From Hormiphora californensis (Eukaryota > Animalia > Ctenophora), in the NCBI GenBank assembly GCA_020137815.1, contig CM035362.1:2604001-2668000 (forward strand): DNA of 64,000 bases, given 5' to 3'. The notes below the pieces were generated by a model. The model made no database searches and was not told the origin of the DNA. It was given only the letters and a program-made list of their open reading frames with translations. Position numbers and translations under genes: made by a program. Position 1 is the stretch's first letter. Each line of letters starts with the position of its first letter. Positions 12,941 through 27,460 of the stretch are shown in pieces.

Positions 12941-14042
12941 TTACTTCCTCCAAGCGTGGTTTGACTTGATACCGTGACCTACAAGTTCCTCTTCTGCAGA
13001 CTCGGCAAGTTCAGCTGTTTCGGAGTCGACCATCGCACTGTAGGGAAGGGGGGATATAATATGATAAGGCACGTTTGGTTAAAAAACAAATAGTTGCACA
13101 GTCGTTCCTGTAGATAAGTATAATACTACACATACCTGTCTAGACTGTTATCTAATCGGAGTCCATGTCCAATCTCCTCCTCAGCAGAGTCCAGCCTCAA
13201 CCCGTGACCAATCTCCTCACTTTCAACCCTGAAAGGAAGGAATTGTTTTAATTATTGAAGTTGGAACATGCACCTTGGGGAGAACATGAGCACTCCCCAA
13301 ATTGTATCATGGGATCCCGATGATGGAACATTCGGTGTTAAAACCAAATGTTATGAGCAGGAACCGACCGAAACAAGTAAACAACCAATCAGAACTCGTT
13401 ATTTATGTCACGTGACTGATTATCATCCAATCAGGGACCCGCATTTCCTGATTCGGTCGGTTCCTGTTTATGAGTTGCCGTTTTGAGTTTTGACTTTCCC
13501 AAATGTCAGGAACCTGCTGGCTGCTGCTGCACCCATTTCACACAGTACAATTTAGCTGTGTAATGGCCGCTTGTTTTGTTAAAACGGGACACAGTGATAT
13601 AGGGTGTCCCCCGCTCTAGTTTCGACAAAATTCGAAACTTCCTCGGAAAATTAGATAATGCCACTGTGTACTGCTACCCAGTGGAAAGCTACCATACACT
13701 CCAAGAAATCACCATGGGTTAACACACACACTCACACACCGTAGCACTAGCTAAATATAGCAGCCTCTAACAAACACTCCCAACAAACACTCCCAACACC
13801 TACCTCCCAAATCTCCTAACAAATAGTTTCAAACTAGATTTTGCTTCAAAACTAACCTAATAACACCTCCCAACAGTGCACTAACAACTAGAAATCAAAC
13901 TAACCTCCTATTAGACAAACCTCCTAACACTAACCTCTTAGAACTAACCTAATAACCTCCCCACAGTCAGTACTTACGATCTGGAGGTTGAGATGGTAAC
14001 AAGGGTGGCGATCAGGAAGAAGACTACTGTAAACTTGAACAT
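12941..14042 (-). CDS. Secreted neuropeptide-like precursor, 84 aa, 3 exons
   Basis: Exons 14042-13978, 13228-13136, 13037-12941 give MFKFTVVFFLIATLVTISTSRSVESEEIGHGLRLDSAEEEIGHGLRLDNSLDSAMVDSETAELAESAEEELVGHGIKSNHAWRK*. It has a signal peptide and three EE(E)-[I/LV]GHG-[LR/IK] repeats. Confidence 0.8.
13358..13466. mobile_element. MITE family B (reverse orientation)
   Basis: TIR caggaaccgaccga / tcggtcggttcctg; 8-bp TSD gttatgag/tttatgag. Confidence 0.9.
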
Positions 14043-14909
14043 TTCGAGAGAGAGTGAGATTTGCTAAGTGAGGACTTGGCTAGAACGGGGAGAATTCAGG
14101 TTAGTGAAACTGAAATATTTCATTGACCGGGTGGTCGGTGGTTTATAATCACCACTACATATCATTATGCAATTTTCTTGCATATACTGTCAATCAAAGA
14201 AAGTAACTAGCAAATTACAGGAACTTGAAATAAGCGTTTAGCATATATTACTAGATTGGACTGTACAAAGCTTAGGAAAGGCTACGTTGATCATCCATTA
14301 TTCAACGTTGAACAAGTTCGATATGATATCGAGTGAATATAAATAGCGATGGATCAGCATGATTTATAGAGCGAAGAGATGAACATATATCGGTAGAGAT
14401 ATAATGAGAACCTCATACTCCCTTCCGAGATTATCAGACTGACTTTGACGTAAATTCTAAATCGAGATCTCGGTATAGGAGGTTTAATAGTAAGTCAGCC
14501 AACAGGTAATTTCATGGAGGAATGTCTAGGCCTGGTCTGATGTGTCCCTCCATCTAGCTTGAACGGGATAATTAGTCGACGAGAGGGATATCGAATTCAT
14601 TTCGTGAACCAATCATAAAAGCAACTATCGTACTATCCTTTCTCTATATCTCCTCCTCTCGATACTCATATTATATGTCTATAAGTCAATGCGTCGGCCT
14701 ACAATTCAGATGTGTCTCTCTCATGAGCCCAGGGGAAGGGTTGCCACGCACAAAAAAACTAGCCTCTCCGAACTTATCCGGGCTGAAGTCGAGGGAGGGG
14801 TAGCCAGTCATCAGCTATGACTGCCGTGATCCTACGTGATGATAACAATTTGGAGCGAACCTCGATCACTCCATTTCCTTATATTTAATGGTTCTCTCGC
14901 TACCCCCTC

Positions 14910-14945
<36 letters not shown>

Positions 14946-15107
14946 CATCTCTCTCTCCCCTTCTCTCTCCTCTTCTCTCTCCCTGTGACAACAACTATAA
15001 TCTATGTGAGTGACACATGTCATCACGCACATAACAATGCGTAACGGATATGGGTCGACCAACAACAATATATATTATGAGGAATCAGGAAGGCCAAGAA
15101 GAAGATG

Positions 15108-15164
<57 letters not shown>

Positions 15165-15329
15165 ATAGAGAGAGAGCTTCGAAGTTTGAGGAAGTAGCAG
15201 CAAAGCACCAAGGATTATAGCAATCTTTATGTCTTAATGTCAACAGAGCTACTTATACTCAGTATTACAATATTCTATTGGTGCAAGTTTCAACGCGGAG
15301 AGAGAGATAGATAGGAGAAAGAGAAAGAG

Positions 15330-15363
<34 letters not shown>

Positions 15364-15839
15364 GAGAGGTATAGCGGAGTGGGACTTCCGTAATCTTGCC
15401 ACCACTAGCTGAGATTAGCGGACGATCCGGACAAGACCAGTATCCGACCGCATGTCCCAACCACAGATTAATAAACAAGTAGGGGACAAGTAATAAGTAG
15501 GGGACAAGGAAGGAACAAGTACTCATTTCCGGGAAAAGTAGGGGACAAGTATAATGAAGTTAATGACACTAATGTGCAGTGATCCGATCCACCTTTCTAA
15601 AAGTGAAGGAAAATAAATGATAAAGTAGGGGCTACAAAGAACGTAGACCATCCGAAAAGAGAAAACAAATGTCTGGTGCACAATCACATGATGTATCTTA
15701 TTTTAAAAGAGAATCTGCTGAATTTCAATAACAGAGACAACATCGAGACCTACTTCAACTCGAATTGCATCTGGGGGATTGGGAGAGGCACGTGATTTAC
15801 CACGGAAAGCGGGGTAATAATCTTGAGACCGGTGCACCT

Positions 15840-15913
15840 CTTCTTCTCTCTCTACCTACCTCCCTCTCTAGTCTCTTTCCATCTTCTCTCTCTTTCCACC
15901 TGTTCTCTCTTTT

Positions 15914-15994
<81 letters not shown>

Positions 15995-16150
15995 CTCTCT
16001 CTCTCTCTCATCGTCTCTCTCTCTCATCTCGTCTCGTCTCTCTCCTCTCTCTCTCATCTCTCTCCTCTCTCTCTCTCTCTCTCTTTCTCTCTATTTTTTT
16101 CTCTATTTTTTTCTCTCTCATTCCCTCACTCTCTATCTTTCTCTCTATTT
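15840..16150. repeat. (CT)n microsatellite / pyrimidine tract
   Basis: Direct reading; it explains the SL/ER ORFs here. Confidence 0.9.
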
Positions 16151-16293
16151 CTCTGAGGTCACCATCAGCAGCTCTACATGGTCATCAGTGAAGCGGCTGC
16201 AAGAGATTGATTAAGGGAGGGGCTGTATAATAATAGGGATTATTAGCGGTAGAGAGAAATTGAAAAACATGCCTCATAAAATAAGATGTGATA

Positions 16294-16444
16294 CAGTCGG
16301 ACCCCGATTTACCGGGAGGATATTAAATTACCCCGATATAATAGGAAATTTACAGTACAATTTGGTCCCGATATACCGCGGGTACCCCAATTTACCGGGC
16401 AAAACTGTTTCTCCCGAGCATCCCGGTAAATCGGAGTCCGACTG
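16294..16444. mobile_element. MITE family A
   Basis: TA|cagtcggaccccgatttaccggg...aaatcggagtccgactg|TA. Confidence 0.9.
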
Positions 16445-17229
16445 TAACAAAAGCAAAATTGAGAAGTTATGAAAACTCTGTTTTCACTGGTCTGTGGCGC
16501 CAATAACCCACAATTTGGGTCATCTGTAACTGTGCCCCATAGGGGGGATTTAACCCACGAAAGTCAAAAGTTTCGATCCAAAACTGGACCAATAAGATAC
16601 CGAAATATTGGAAGGGTATTTGAGAGCTGGGAACTGAACCGCCGCTGCTAGCTGGTATTGGCTGATAAACGTCCGGGGACGAATACTAATCTCTACTTAG
16701 TCTCTTTGGGGACAAAATCTGCCCCCGTTTTGTGGTCAGGAAGTGTAATCATAGCAATAGTGAAGGAAAGAAAAACGGGAGATAAAAGGAGAGATAGACT
16801 ACTTATAGTTCTAGGGAGGATAGTACAGTACTACTAGTACAGCTGGGTACTTATGGTGAGGGAACGAAAAATGGGACCAAACTACGGAGAGAAAAGGAGG
16901 GCTAAAAGGGAGAGAAAAAGAGGGCTAGAGTAGGGAGAGTAGAGAAACATAGAGCGTGGCTAGAGGGTCCGCCTCGATGGGTCCTGGGAATTTGGTACAA
17001 AAAGAGTAGGAAAAAGCCTAGATAAATTATAAACTGGAACTGGCTGAATACGGAAACCACTAATCTACCGCTACATCATATATAACTTTGAGTTGGGAAG
17101 TTATCCGAGTACAACCTATTTGGTCACGCTACAATAATATTGATGACCGCACCGGTTCGAATCAACCGCTTACTACATGACACAAAATATTACTATGGAA
17201 ATAAGAATCTAGACTTTCTATCCAATCAA

Positions 17230-17835
17230 TCTCTCTCTCCTCTCTCTATCTCCTCTCTCCTCTAGCTCTCTCTCTCTCTCTCTCTCATCTCGCTCTCTCC
17301 GCGTCTCTCGGATCACCTGTCTCCGTCGTCTCTCGTCATCTCGCTTCTTCTCTCAAAAGAAAAGATCTCCAGTCATCTCTCCGTCTCTCTATCTAGCTCC
17401 CCTCTCTTCTCCCATCATTCTCTTCTCTATTCTCCTCTCTATCTCTCCCTCTCTTCCCTCCCTCTCTGTGCTCTCGGGTCCCTCTCTCTTCCTTTTCGCC
17501 TCTCCATCTCTCTCCTCTCCTCCTCTCTTTCTCCCCCTCTCTCTCTCTCCTTTCTCTCTTCTTCTCTCTTCTCCCTCTCTGGTCTGCCGTCGTCTCTCGT
17601 TCCTGGGTCTTCTCCCGGGTCTCTTGTCGGGGTCTCTCTCTCTCTTCCTCTCTCTCTCGGTGGTTCTTTTCTCCCCGGTCATTTGCCCTCCTCTGATCGC
17701 TTTCATCGGGGCCTCTCTCTTTTTCCCGCATCTTTCTCCCCTCATCCCTCTTCCCTTTTCCTCTCCCCTCTCCCTTTTTCCCCTCTTTTTCTTTCCCATT
17801 TTTCCTCTTCCTACTCTTCCTTTTTCCCCTTTTTC
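17230..17835. repeat. Degenerate CT-rich low-complexity tract
   Basis: Polypyrimidine tract with irregular interruptions. Confidence 0.8.
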
Positions 17836-18956
17836 AAGCGTACAGCTTGGGGCGTTTTCATCTTTTACTTTACTCCCCGGGGAAAACATGTGGTGGTTTA
17901 CCATAAGCTTTCTGCTGAATATATAAAATTTCTCGGAGAGGGGGAGAGAAGAGAGAGATAAGGGGCAGAAGGGCGAGACAGGAGAAGATTTTCTAATTTT
18001 CTCAGGTCGTCAAACATCAACTAAACAAATAATGCTTAGTCACAATTCAGAATATTATGATAATCGTTTACAAAGGTTTTAGAAAAGACGACCTTATACT
18101 ATCTGTATTGGCTGCGTAGACGACGTGCCCAACTATCAGAAGAACTCGTCAAAGTAGGTGCGGGTGTAATCATCAGAATGTATTAGGTACCTGAAAGAGC
18201 ATCTTATTCCACAGTTAAAACAAAAAAAGAAGTGGTTATTGGGGCTCGGGGGAAGAACCCGGGTTATTAGTGGGTAGTAGTGTCCTGCACCTGGTCGGGT
18301 GGTTTACGCATTATAATATATGCTTTTGAGATCATTAGCCGCACGGCCGTCTGAATCGGCTGGGTTTATTCAATAAAACAGATTCACTATTATACTCTCT
18401 TTAACTCTCTCCCGTGATTACGGCCCTATCTTTTCAGATTTCACCTCTCTCACTACCTCTCTCTCTCTCTCTTCTCTAATATCCCTCTCAACTCCCAGCC
18501 CCTTTCTTCTAAGAGAGGGTGTGCACGTGGTATCTATAATTAGCGCATCTCAATCACTAGGGTGACGTCACACCCCAGTGATGTAATACATATGGGGGCT
18601 GGTGATCTTGGAGCAGCCGGGATTCCAGGTTTGAAGAGGGAGAGACAGAGGGAGAGAGATGGAGAGAGAAAACGAGAAAGAGATAATGGGGGCCATCACA
18701 AATCAAAAATAATAGGATTCAGACCACTGAATTCGAGTACTAACAGTAACTGCACAAAACCGGAACCAAATTATAATTCCCCGAACATTAAATGGAACGC
18801 TAGATACGCTAAAGCTCTACATTCGACCAAAAGTCCGACTTCCGACTTCTACTATTGTTATCATTTCTCTCCCGTTTTGGCATGGTTAGAGAGCCATTGA
18901 GCTAAGTAAACCGTGCACACAGATTCGCGGATTTTCTAGTACCGTCTTAGTGGTGC

Positions 18957-19049
<93 letters not shown>

Positions 19050-19066
19050 AAAGAGAGATAGAGAGA
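18957..19066. repeat. (GA)n microsatellite
   Basis: Direct reading of the sequence. Confidence 0.95.
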
Positions 19067-19774
19067 ACAAGTACTTTCCAGTATGTACCGAAAATAGGAA
19101 TATAGTTGCGTAAGCACCCGCAAATCGTGCAATAGCTGTACGTGGAATCTTGCAGCCATTCAACCACCAGCTTATATATAATGCAGATCTCATGGCCAAT
19201 ATATATTTTGCGACGCAATCCCAACAATCTGCTAATCTAGTATGGATCAGAGGGCTCCATGTAATGACTTTGGAGATTAAAGCACCGCGGTCTATCATGA
19301 CAGGGACATGATGGTCGTTAGAGAGATGATGTCTTAATAGCTCGTTAGATTCATGGATAGTTATATGATACTTGTCACCGCCCATTGGAGGTAGAGATAA
19401 GTGAATGAGCGGCAAGATCAAGCAATATAATGCAATGACCACTCTTGGTATCAATATATATTGACTAATCGCCACTAGTTATATTAGACCCGTAACAATA
19501 ACAAAGATCTGTTTGGCATATGCAACAGCTATATGAAGGGGGTAATGTGATGCTATTTAGGGGTTCTTGGAGCAGGAATTGGTATTGGTAGGGTAGGTAT
19601 CTCATCTCATGGCGAAAGACAAGAAACTCCTTGATCTACCGAACACTCACAGGGCGTATGGTGTGATCAACTGATCAGCTACATAAGAAACTACCAAACT
19701 GGGCGAACATCACAGAGTTCAATGACTTCATGGCATGAACTTTATGGCCATGGAATTCGCAACTTTATTACCTT

Positions 19775-19932
<158 letters not shown>

Positions 19933-20344
19933 CGCCTCCCTTGAACTGACATCCATAAACTGATTTCTTGACCGACATTTGGTTAACTGTAAACCACACG
20001 ATCTACGTTGGTTATACGCACAACTTATACCAATGTTAGTATCTCATGTTCAATGTCAGGTCATAATATTCGATAATAAATGTGGTGGAGAAAGAAAATG
20101 TGGACTTTCTTTCACCAGATTACTGGCTACTATAATCTAACTAGTATGCATTACATGTCATAATAAATTCATAAGATAGGCTCTGTTTTTAATTTGATAT
20201 TATGTATAAAATTAACTGCTAAGCTGGATAGAAGATCATGCTACACATCCCTTTCAGGACCACTAGTGTCGGGGACGAGACTGAAAAAAGGGGTGGCCAA
20301 CTGAGGACGTAGTAAAACTGTGCAGCTAATGTTTAACCCGGTCA

Positions 20345-20387
<43 letters not shown>

Positions 20388-21059
20388 GCGCTACTATCAT
20401 GTCACGTGATCCATGGCTTGTCACGTGATCGTCTGCCCCAGTAATCACTATTGTTAGGGGGCAGCTACCACAATTCCCTTTACATCCCAGATCTCTCCAT
20501 TTTTAACTCATACTCTATATCTCTCTCTCTCTCTACTTCTTTTAAGTATCCGGTTTTCAACATTCATTCGAAGATTCCACACACTTGTGACTTGTTTGGG
20601 GGAAATGCTCGTAACTTTTTACCTGGGCTATTTGAAATCATTGAAAGGTTTTATCGAACAGCAGTCGATAACAATTTTGCAGTTACAAATTTTAAACAGA
20701 ACACTAAAATGTGGCTACTTGTGCAATACAAATTAGGCCGGATTAGGCCTCACGCGAAGTTAATAGGCCAAACTTTGGGATACAGAGTAAAGTTTCGGCT
20801 GATCTAAGAACCGCACACAACGATTTAATCTTGCACATGTGCAGGTTGAATTTGTCTCTTTTTTAGTCTCTCTCCAACTGGTGTTCAGCCTTTGTTCAGA
20901 GGCGAGACTAAAATGTAAAGTAGTTCATACAGGCCTGATCTGAGATCTCTGGAAATGAACAAAGCCCCCTGATTTCTTGGCCATTTATCACGGTGTCTAA
21001 ATATGAGGCAGGGTGAAGTCATCATGGCCCCTGAGCGTGCGTCTATTTTAGTCGTTTTC

Positions 21060-21207
21060 TTTTCTGGTGGCGCGAACCCAATCTGAGAATCAAATGGGGT
21101 ATGGCGCCGCCATACAGGTCGTTTTCTTGTCTGGCGGTGCGAACCCGATCTGAATTCTGAGTGCCACGATTTTGATAATAAAAACGGGGCGTGGTGCCGC
21201 CAGATAG
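21060..21207. mobile_element. Two degenerate copies of mini-element family C
   Basis: ...gagaatcaaatggggtatggcgccgccatacag matches 39002-39072 and 63397-63472. Confidence 0.65.
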
Positions 21208-21420
21208 GTACCCTGTACGCGATGCTAAGTAAAGTTAGTTATATTCACAATAGCATTATATAATATTTATAGAGTCCCAACTTCAATTCCCAATAGCTCC
21301 CCTCATTTTGTCCCGGAGCTGTTTCCTATTTTCTATAGCGAGAGCTTGGATTAATGCGATCGAGCGGGAAAAGGGGCTACTAGCAGCTCCGGAAAAACTC
21401 GTTTCCCTATCTTGAAGAAA

Positions 21421-21460
<40 letters not shown>

Positions 21461-23644
21461 TAGAGAGAGAGTGAAGGATAAAGATATAGAAGGATAGAGA
21501 GATAGAAGGATAGAGAGAGGATAAAGGGAGATAATTTCTCTATCATTATCCCTACGATTAGTCTACTACTCAGTAAAGAATACTTGGGGCGGCGACAGAG
21601 CGCATAAAACGAGATTACACAGAGTTGTCTTCCGCTTCCTTTCGCCGGCCATTACTACTATATAGCATCTCATCCCCCGATTTACCGGGATGTTCGGGGT
21701 AAAGGAGTTTGCCCAGTAAACGGGGGTGCCCGGTAAATGGAGGTTTGAATGTAGCATCTCATCCCCCTATATATGCTATATAATGGCATCTTCTATAACA
21801 GTATAGTTGGCAAAATGGGAATTCTAAAACAATAGCTTTTATCGGATCTAGGATGAAAGCTAGACAGATCAGGAAGTATCTGATCCTAGTATAGGAGATA
21901 AGTATACCTTCCTGATCTATTGTTCTAACAGGAGATTAGACATATATCCGGAGAGGATTGGAACATATATATTGGCCACCCTGCTCCCAGCACTCCAAAG
22001 CAATATATGTGGATTCTGGGGCCACATGCTGGCTTGCAATATAATAACGTATCTCACAAACCTCTCTCCATGGGTAATAGCCAATTCTCTAATAGCCAAT
22101 TCTCTGGAGCCCTACTGTGTGTCTCCCAAAAATGAAGAGGTATAATACCAATAATCATGGGGGAGCTGGTTTATATACCTTGCTTGTTATGGGGTTGTGA
22201 TTTGACAATAATTGAAGGTCTTGGAGATCATTAGTCGATATTTAGCTCTCAATCATAGTTACCAAGCCCCGATCTATTATAAAACTGTAACAATCGGGTA
22301 GTAGTTGTTACGAGTCTCTATAGAACACCACCCCGCCTGGGTAATTTAAGATACAATGGACCTATGACATCATAGCTAATGACGCAATTGGGGCTACACA
22401 TTGAACAAGATATAGTACATTTAGCAAATGAAATAAATGACTAGTAGTAGCAAACTAGCATACGCGAGATAGGAATGGGCGGACGTGGTTTTGAAGTTTT
22501 CGAAAATGATCTAACTCTGAAACTCGTTAACCAATTACCGAACCTAACAATTTGCATGAATTGTTTTCGATCTTTTTTAACCGAGTAAAACACTTTACTT
22601 GTTGTCGACCGACAATTAGGAGTGATTGCGGTCACCTACTTATCTATTCCATACGCTCAGCATTCAGTCATAACATATGCTCATCTAAATCTAAAAGAAT
22701 CAAATGCCTCTGCTTATAAGATGCTCAAAATTCGTGATTTCAATTTTTGAGCGTCCAGAAGCGGTCATTACTTGATGACCTAATAATACGATATAATAAT
22801 ACCAAGCAATATAATAGGACCTCCGTGCAACATATAGATGCAATGAACAAAGGTAGAGAATTGTATTCAAGTGAAGTGGTTAAACCAGGTGTAACCATTT
22901 AGCCACAGTTTCAGAGATCTGTGCTGTTTCCTGTTTGTATCTTTATCTATAAGGAGTCTACAAATTTCTACAATCTACAATCTACACTCCCGTGCTAGAT
23001 ATGTACGAGCTTAGCTTACAAATTTTATATCGATTAGAAACTTTTTTCCAATACTGACGCCAGATTGCCTAGCTAAACTGTGTTTCGCGCCAGACATATA
23101 AATACTTAACGTTTAGGCATACTAATTTTTGTCTGCATAATATCAAGGCCCAAGGAGCCAGTAGCTATAGCTGGAGCTGGTCTAATGCGAGGAGATTATT
23201 GTCAGGTACTAGGTCACCCATTAGAATATTAAAGTACCCATTTTCAAATTATCAGAATTCTCGTACGTTCTTCAGGGCTAGAGGCATGAGACAAGTCGTC
23301 GACGTGAGTGATGCAGCAGCCTACTAAAACATTTTTCAACATGTTACATAATGTATGTAGGAGTGGTCATCCTTGAAGTAAGAGCTGATCATTGGTAATG
23401 CCACATATGTCTCACCACTATACGAATGAGTAGTAGGGTGTGAAAATGGGTGACCCTGGGTAGCAGGTTTCAGAAAAGATTTGCAAGATTCAAAACAACT
23501 TTAAGCTAGGGAAGCTTGTTTTGGCTATTTAGACGTTCCTATAGGGCCTTAATATCACTGTAGGGCAAAGCATAATCCGTACTCCAGGCATTTGATAGGG
23601 CGGTTCTGCAGTAGGGAGGGAGCTGAGACACTATCACACATTCT

Positions 23645-24106
23645 TTAAAAAGAAGAATAAGAGAGGAAAGGAGAGAGAGAGGAGAGAAGAGAAAGAGAGA
23701 AAAGAAGAAGGAGCGGAGAGAGAGTACGCAGAAAAAAAAGGAACAAGAGCAGAGAGAAAGAAAAAAAGAAGAAAAAAAAACAGTAAGAGTGGCGGAAAGC
23801 CAAAAGAGAAACCAACAAAGGTAGAACCTCGTCGAAAAACAAAAAGGGGTGAGCTACCCAAACCGGACACAGAATAAAAACTAAAGAACGGCGAGAAGAC
23901 ACGAGAAAGTAGAAAGAGGAGTGGAACAACAGTAACAAGAAAAAAAGAAACGAATGCCTAGTGCGCTAGAGGGGGGGTAGGGGCGGGAAACGGGAGAGAG
24001 GGAAAAGTAGGGAGGAAAAGAAAAAAGGCGGAGAGAAGAGAAGAGTAGAAGAGAGAGTGTGAGGGTTTGGTTCTTTTGTTGGGAGAGGGGTAGAGCTGAG
24101 ATAGAG

Positions 24107-24153
<47 letters not shown>

Positions 24154-24549
24154 AGAGAGACGAGAAAGAGAGAGAGGAGAGAGAGCGCGAGAGAGAGAGA
24201 GAAGGAGAGAGAGAGAGAGAGAGAGGAAGAGAAGAGAGAGACGCAGCAGAGAGAGCGCGGCGAGCGCGCCTCGCGATAGGAGCCGCGCCCCTCGAGAGAC
24301 GCGAGCGCGCGAGCGCGCGCCGCCGCGGGGCGCGCCGCCCGCGCGCGCGCGCGGTCGAGCCGCCGCAAAAAGAACAGAGACCCCGATCATGAAACGTAAC
24401 CACACACAGAAATACAATAAACAACACAATCGTACGAAAAAGAAAAGAGAGATAAAGAGAAGAGAAAGCCACAGATAGAGAAAGAGCAAATGAACTTTAG
24501 AGAAAGAGCAAGAAGAGAGAAGAGAAAGATATGAGAGGAGAGAGGAGAG

Positions 24550-24591
<42 letters not shown>

Positions 24592-24684
24592 AGAAGAGAA
24601 GAGAGAGAAGAGAGGAGGAGGAAGAGAAAGGGAGGAAGAGGGGGCAGAGAGAGAGAGAGAAGAGAGAGAGCAGAAGGAAGAGAC

Positions 24685-24715
<31 letters not shown>

Positions 24716-24777
24716 AGAGAGGAGAGAGAGAAGAGAGAGAGAAGCTCTCTCTCTCTCTCTCTCTCTTCCTCTCTCTC

Positions 24778-24828
<51 letters not shown>

Positions 24829-24848
24829 CTCTTGCTCTCGCTCTCTCC
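23645..24848. repeat. Degenerate (GA)n tract followed by (CT)n
   Basis: Purine-rich low-complexity sequence that switches to (CT)n at about 24744. Confidence 0.85.
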
Positions 24849-25336
24849 ATTATTTCATATGTATCTTACTCAGCATCACTTTGTCTAACATGTTTCTCTC
24901 CTACCCTAACACAATCCACACTCCACGGACACGTAGACGTAGGTACCTACACACACTCTAAAATAACCATGTTATGGGGTTTCTACTTGGGCTGCTGAAA
25001 ACTTAAAAGAAACGCACAATTCACAAAAAATGGTTTATCTAAACACTAAAATATTGGAAGACGGTACTGAGCAGTGAGCAGTGAGCATCTACCATAACAA
25101 TTCGGTCACACTTTTTAGTAGACATCAACGTGACGCGCGGCCAATTACTTAAGTTGAAATCAATCATACAGCATTTGGTTTTCAGGTTTGGCGCGGAATT
25201 TAGGGACCTTGAAACTGCGCGCGCAACTTACACACACTTGTTCAATTGTTGTACTGATTCTGTGTTTTGTGTCCCTTCCTCAAGGCTCAACGCGATTCTG
25301 GCAGGATCCTATGAACTAATTATCGTATCCTATAAA

Positions 25337-26975
25337 CACGGTGCACCAGAAGGATCGTCAACCCAAAGTTGAGCCCGCAAAACAAACTTTTGTTGGGGGT
25401 GACCCAGGAGGCCTTCCTGAACATCCCCACGGTGAGAAAAGTATATGTTATCGGGGAAAATTTTTGTCAAAATCGAAAAAACTGGTTTTTGGTCCAAATT
25501 TGTGCATAACTTACTTGACTGCCGTTTGATGAAATATCTGATTGACATAAAATAAGTATACAAGACCTATTTTTGCACGAGGAATCGATTGCCGGTGGAG
25601 AGAAATCTCTAAAATGACCGGAAAATTGTCAAATATGGGAATTTTGTCATTTTTTTGAGGTTTTTGGCCCTTTAACCATTGAAAACGTTGAGATAGGAAG
25701 TTGGCAATAGCGCCAATCGTTAAAATGATCATTTTTCTACGGGATCCCAAAATTTCATGTATATCCGATTCATGGTTAGATTTTGGCAAACTATTGAGAT
25801 GTGCTTACTGAAAAAAGGATAACTTGATTTTCTCGTTTTTTGCGATTTTTTAACTTTTGAAAGAATTCCGATTGAAATGACCAATCAGGGCCATGCTAAA
25901 GTTGTTTATGGGACAATTTTCGACCAAAATCCAAGATTTCATGCAAATCCAATGACAGATCATTGATTTATAGAAAGTTGAAATAGGCAAAAAAGGCCAA
26001 TTTTTACCATGAAAACAAAAATACACATTTTTTCTTGTCAATTTCCATCAACAACTGGTACCCTACCTATTTTTTGCACGTAGAATCGATTGCCGGTGGA
26101 GTGGATCCTCTTAAATGATTGGAAAAGCGGTCAAAATGCCATTTTTTGGAGGTCCAAAAACTTCCAAAAAATGACATTTCGACCGCTTTCCAATCATTTA
26201 AGAGGATCCACTCCACCGGCAATCGATTCTACGTGCAAAAAATAGGTAGGGTACCAGTTGTTGATGGAAATTGACAAGAAAAAATGTGTATTTTTGTTTT
26301 CATGGTAAAAATTGGCCTTTTTTGCCTATTTCAACTTTCTATAAATCAATGATCTGTCATTGGATTTGCATGAAATCTTGGATTTTGGTCGAAAATTGTC
26401 CCATAAACAACTTTAGCATGGCCCTGATTGGTCATTTCAATCGGAATTCTTTCAAAAGTTAAAAAATCGCAAAAAACGAGAAAATCAAGTTATCCTTTTT
26501 TCAGTAAGCACATCTCAATAGTTTGCCAAAATCTAACCATGAATCGGATATACATGAAATTTTGGGATCCCGTAGAAAAATGATCATTTTAACGATTGGC
26601 GCTATTGCCAACTTCCTATCTCAACGTTTTCAATGGTTAAAGGGCCAAAAACCTCAAAAAAATGACAAAATTCCCATATTTGACAATTTTCCGGTCATTT
26701 TAGAGATTTCTCTCCACCGGCAATCGATTCCTCGTGCAAAAATAGGTCTTGTATACTTATTTTATGTCAATCAGATATTTCATCAAACGGCAGTCAAGTA
26801 AGTTATGCACAAATTTGGACCAAAAACCAATTTTTTCGATTTTGACAAAAATTTTCCCCGATAACATATACTTTTCTCACCGTGGGGATGTTCAGGAAGG
26901 CCTCCTGGGTCACCCCCAACAAAAGTTTGTTTTGCGGGCTCAACTTTGGGTTGACGATCTTTCTGGTGCACCGTG
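25337..26975. mobile_element. 1.64-kb fold-back non-autonomous DNA transposon, Chapaev/CMC-like termini
   Basis: TAAA|cacggtgcaccaga...tctggtgcaccgtg|TAAA. Arms of about 810 bp are nearly identical, so identical ORFs appear on both strands; centre near 26156. Confidence 0.88.
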
Positions 26976-27417
26976 TAAACTAAAGAATCCCAAACTTTCT
27001 CTCCTTCTTTAAAATTTCCCACGGTTGTGGTTATTGCATCCGGCATTATCAGCTTCACATGTATAATACATGGTGGTTCTAAACAATACTACAATAGTCA
27101 ATAGTGTAAGTTGAAAAATCAAACTAGAAACTTGAAAGTAGGAGTCTTTATCGGTGTCTGCATCTAGGATGTATTTAGGACAAATAGTTACAGCAATAGA
27201 TTACTGTGTCTCAGCTGTGAAATAAAACGAGACTAAGGCATGGCAACTCAGGGAGGCGTTCTCACCACGACAAGTTTCCAGACACATATTTTTTATTGGA
27301 ACAAGTTTCAAAAATTTAAACAAGTACCTACATATAGATAAGCTTTTTGCCAGCCGTGGAGATGGTGTAGGGAGGGATAGCAAGCCTTTGAGAATTAGAG
27401 AGGAATTTTTGGGCAAA

Positions 27418-27460
<43 letters not shown>

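Noticed and set aside
24240-24366. GC-rich CpG-island-like patch
   Set aside because: It is embedded in a degenerate GA tract and is probably low-quality consensus sequence or microsatellite decay.
25330-27058. Identical ORF pairs on opposite strands
   Set aside because: They result from the palindrome; no transposase motifs were seen.
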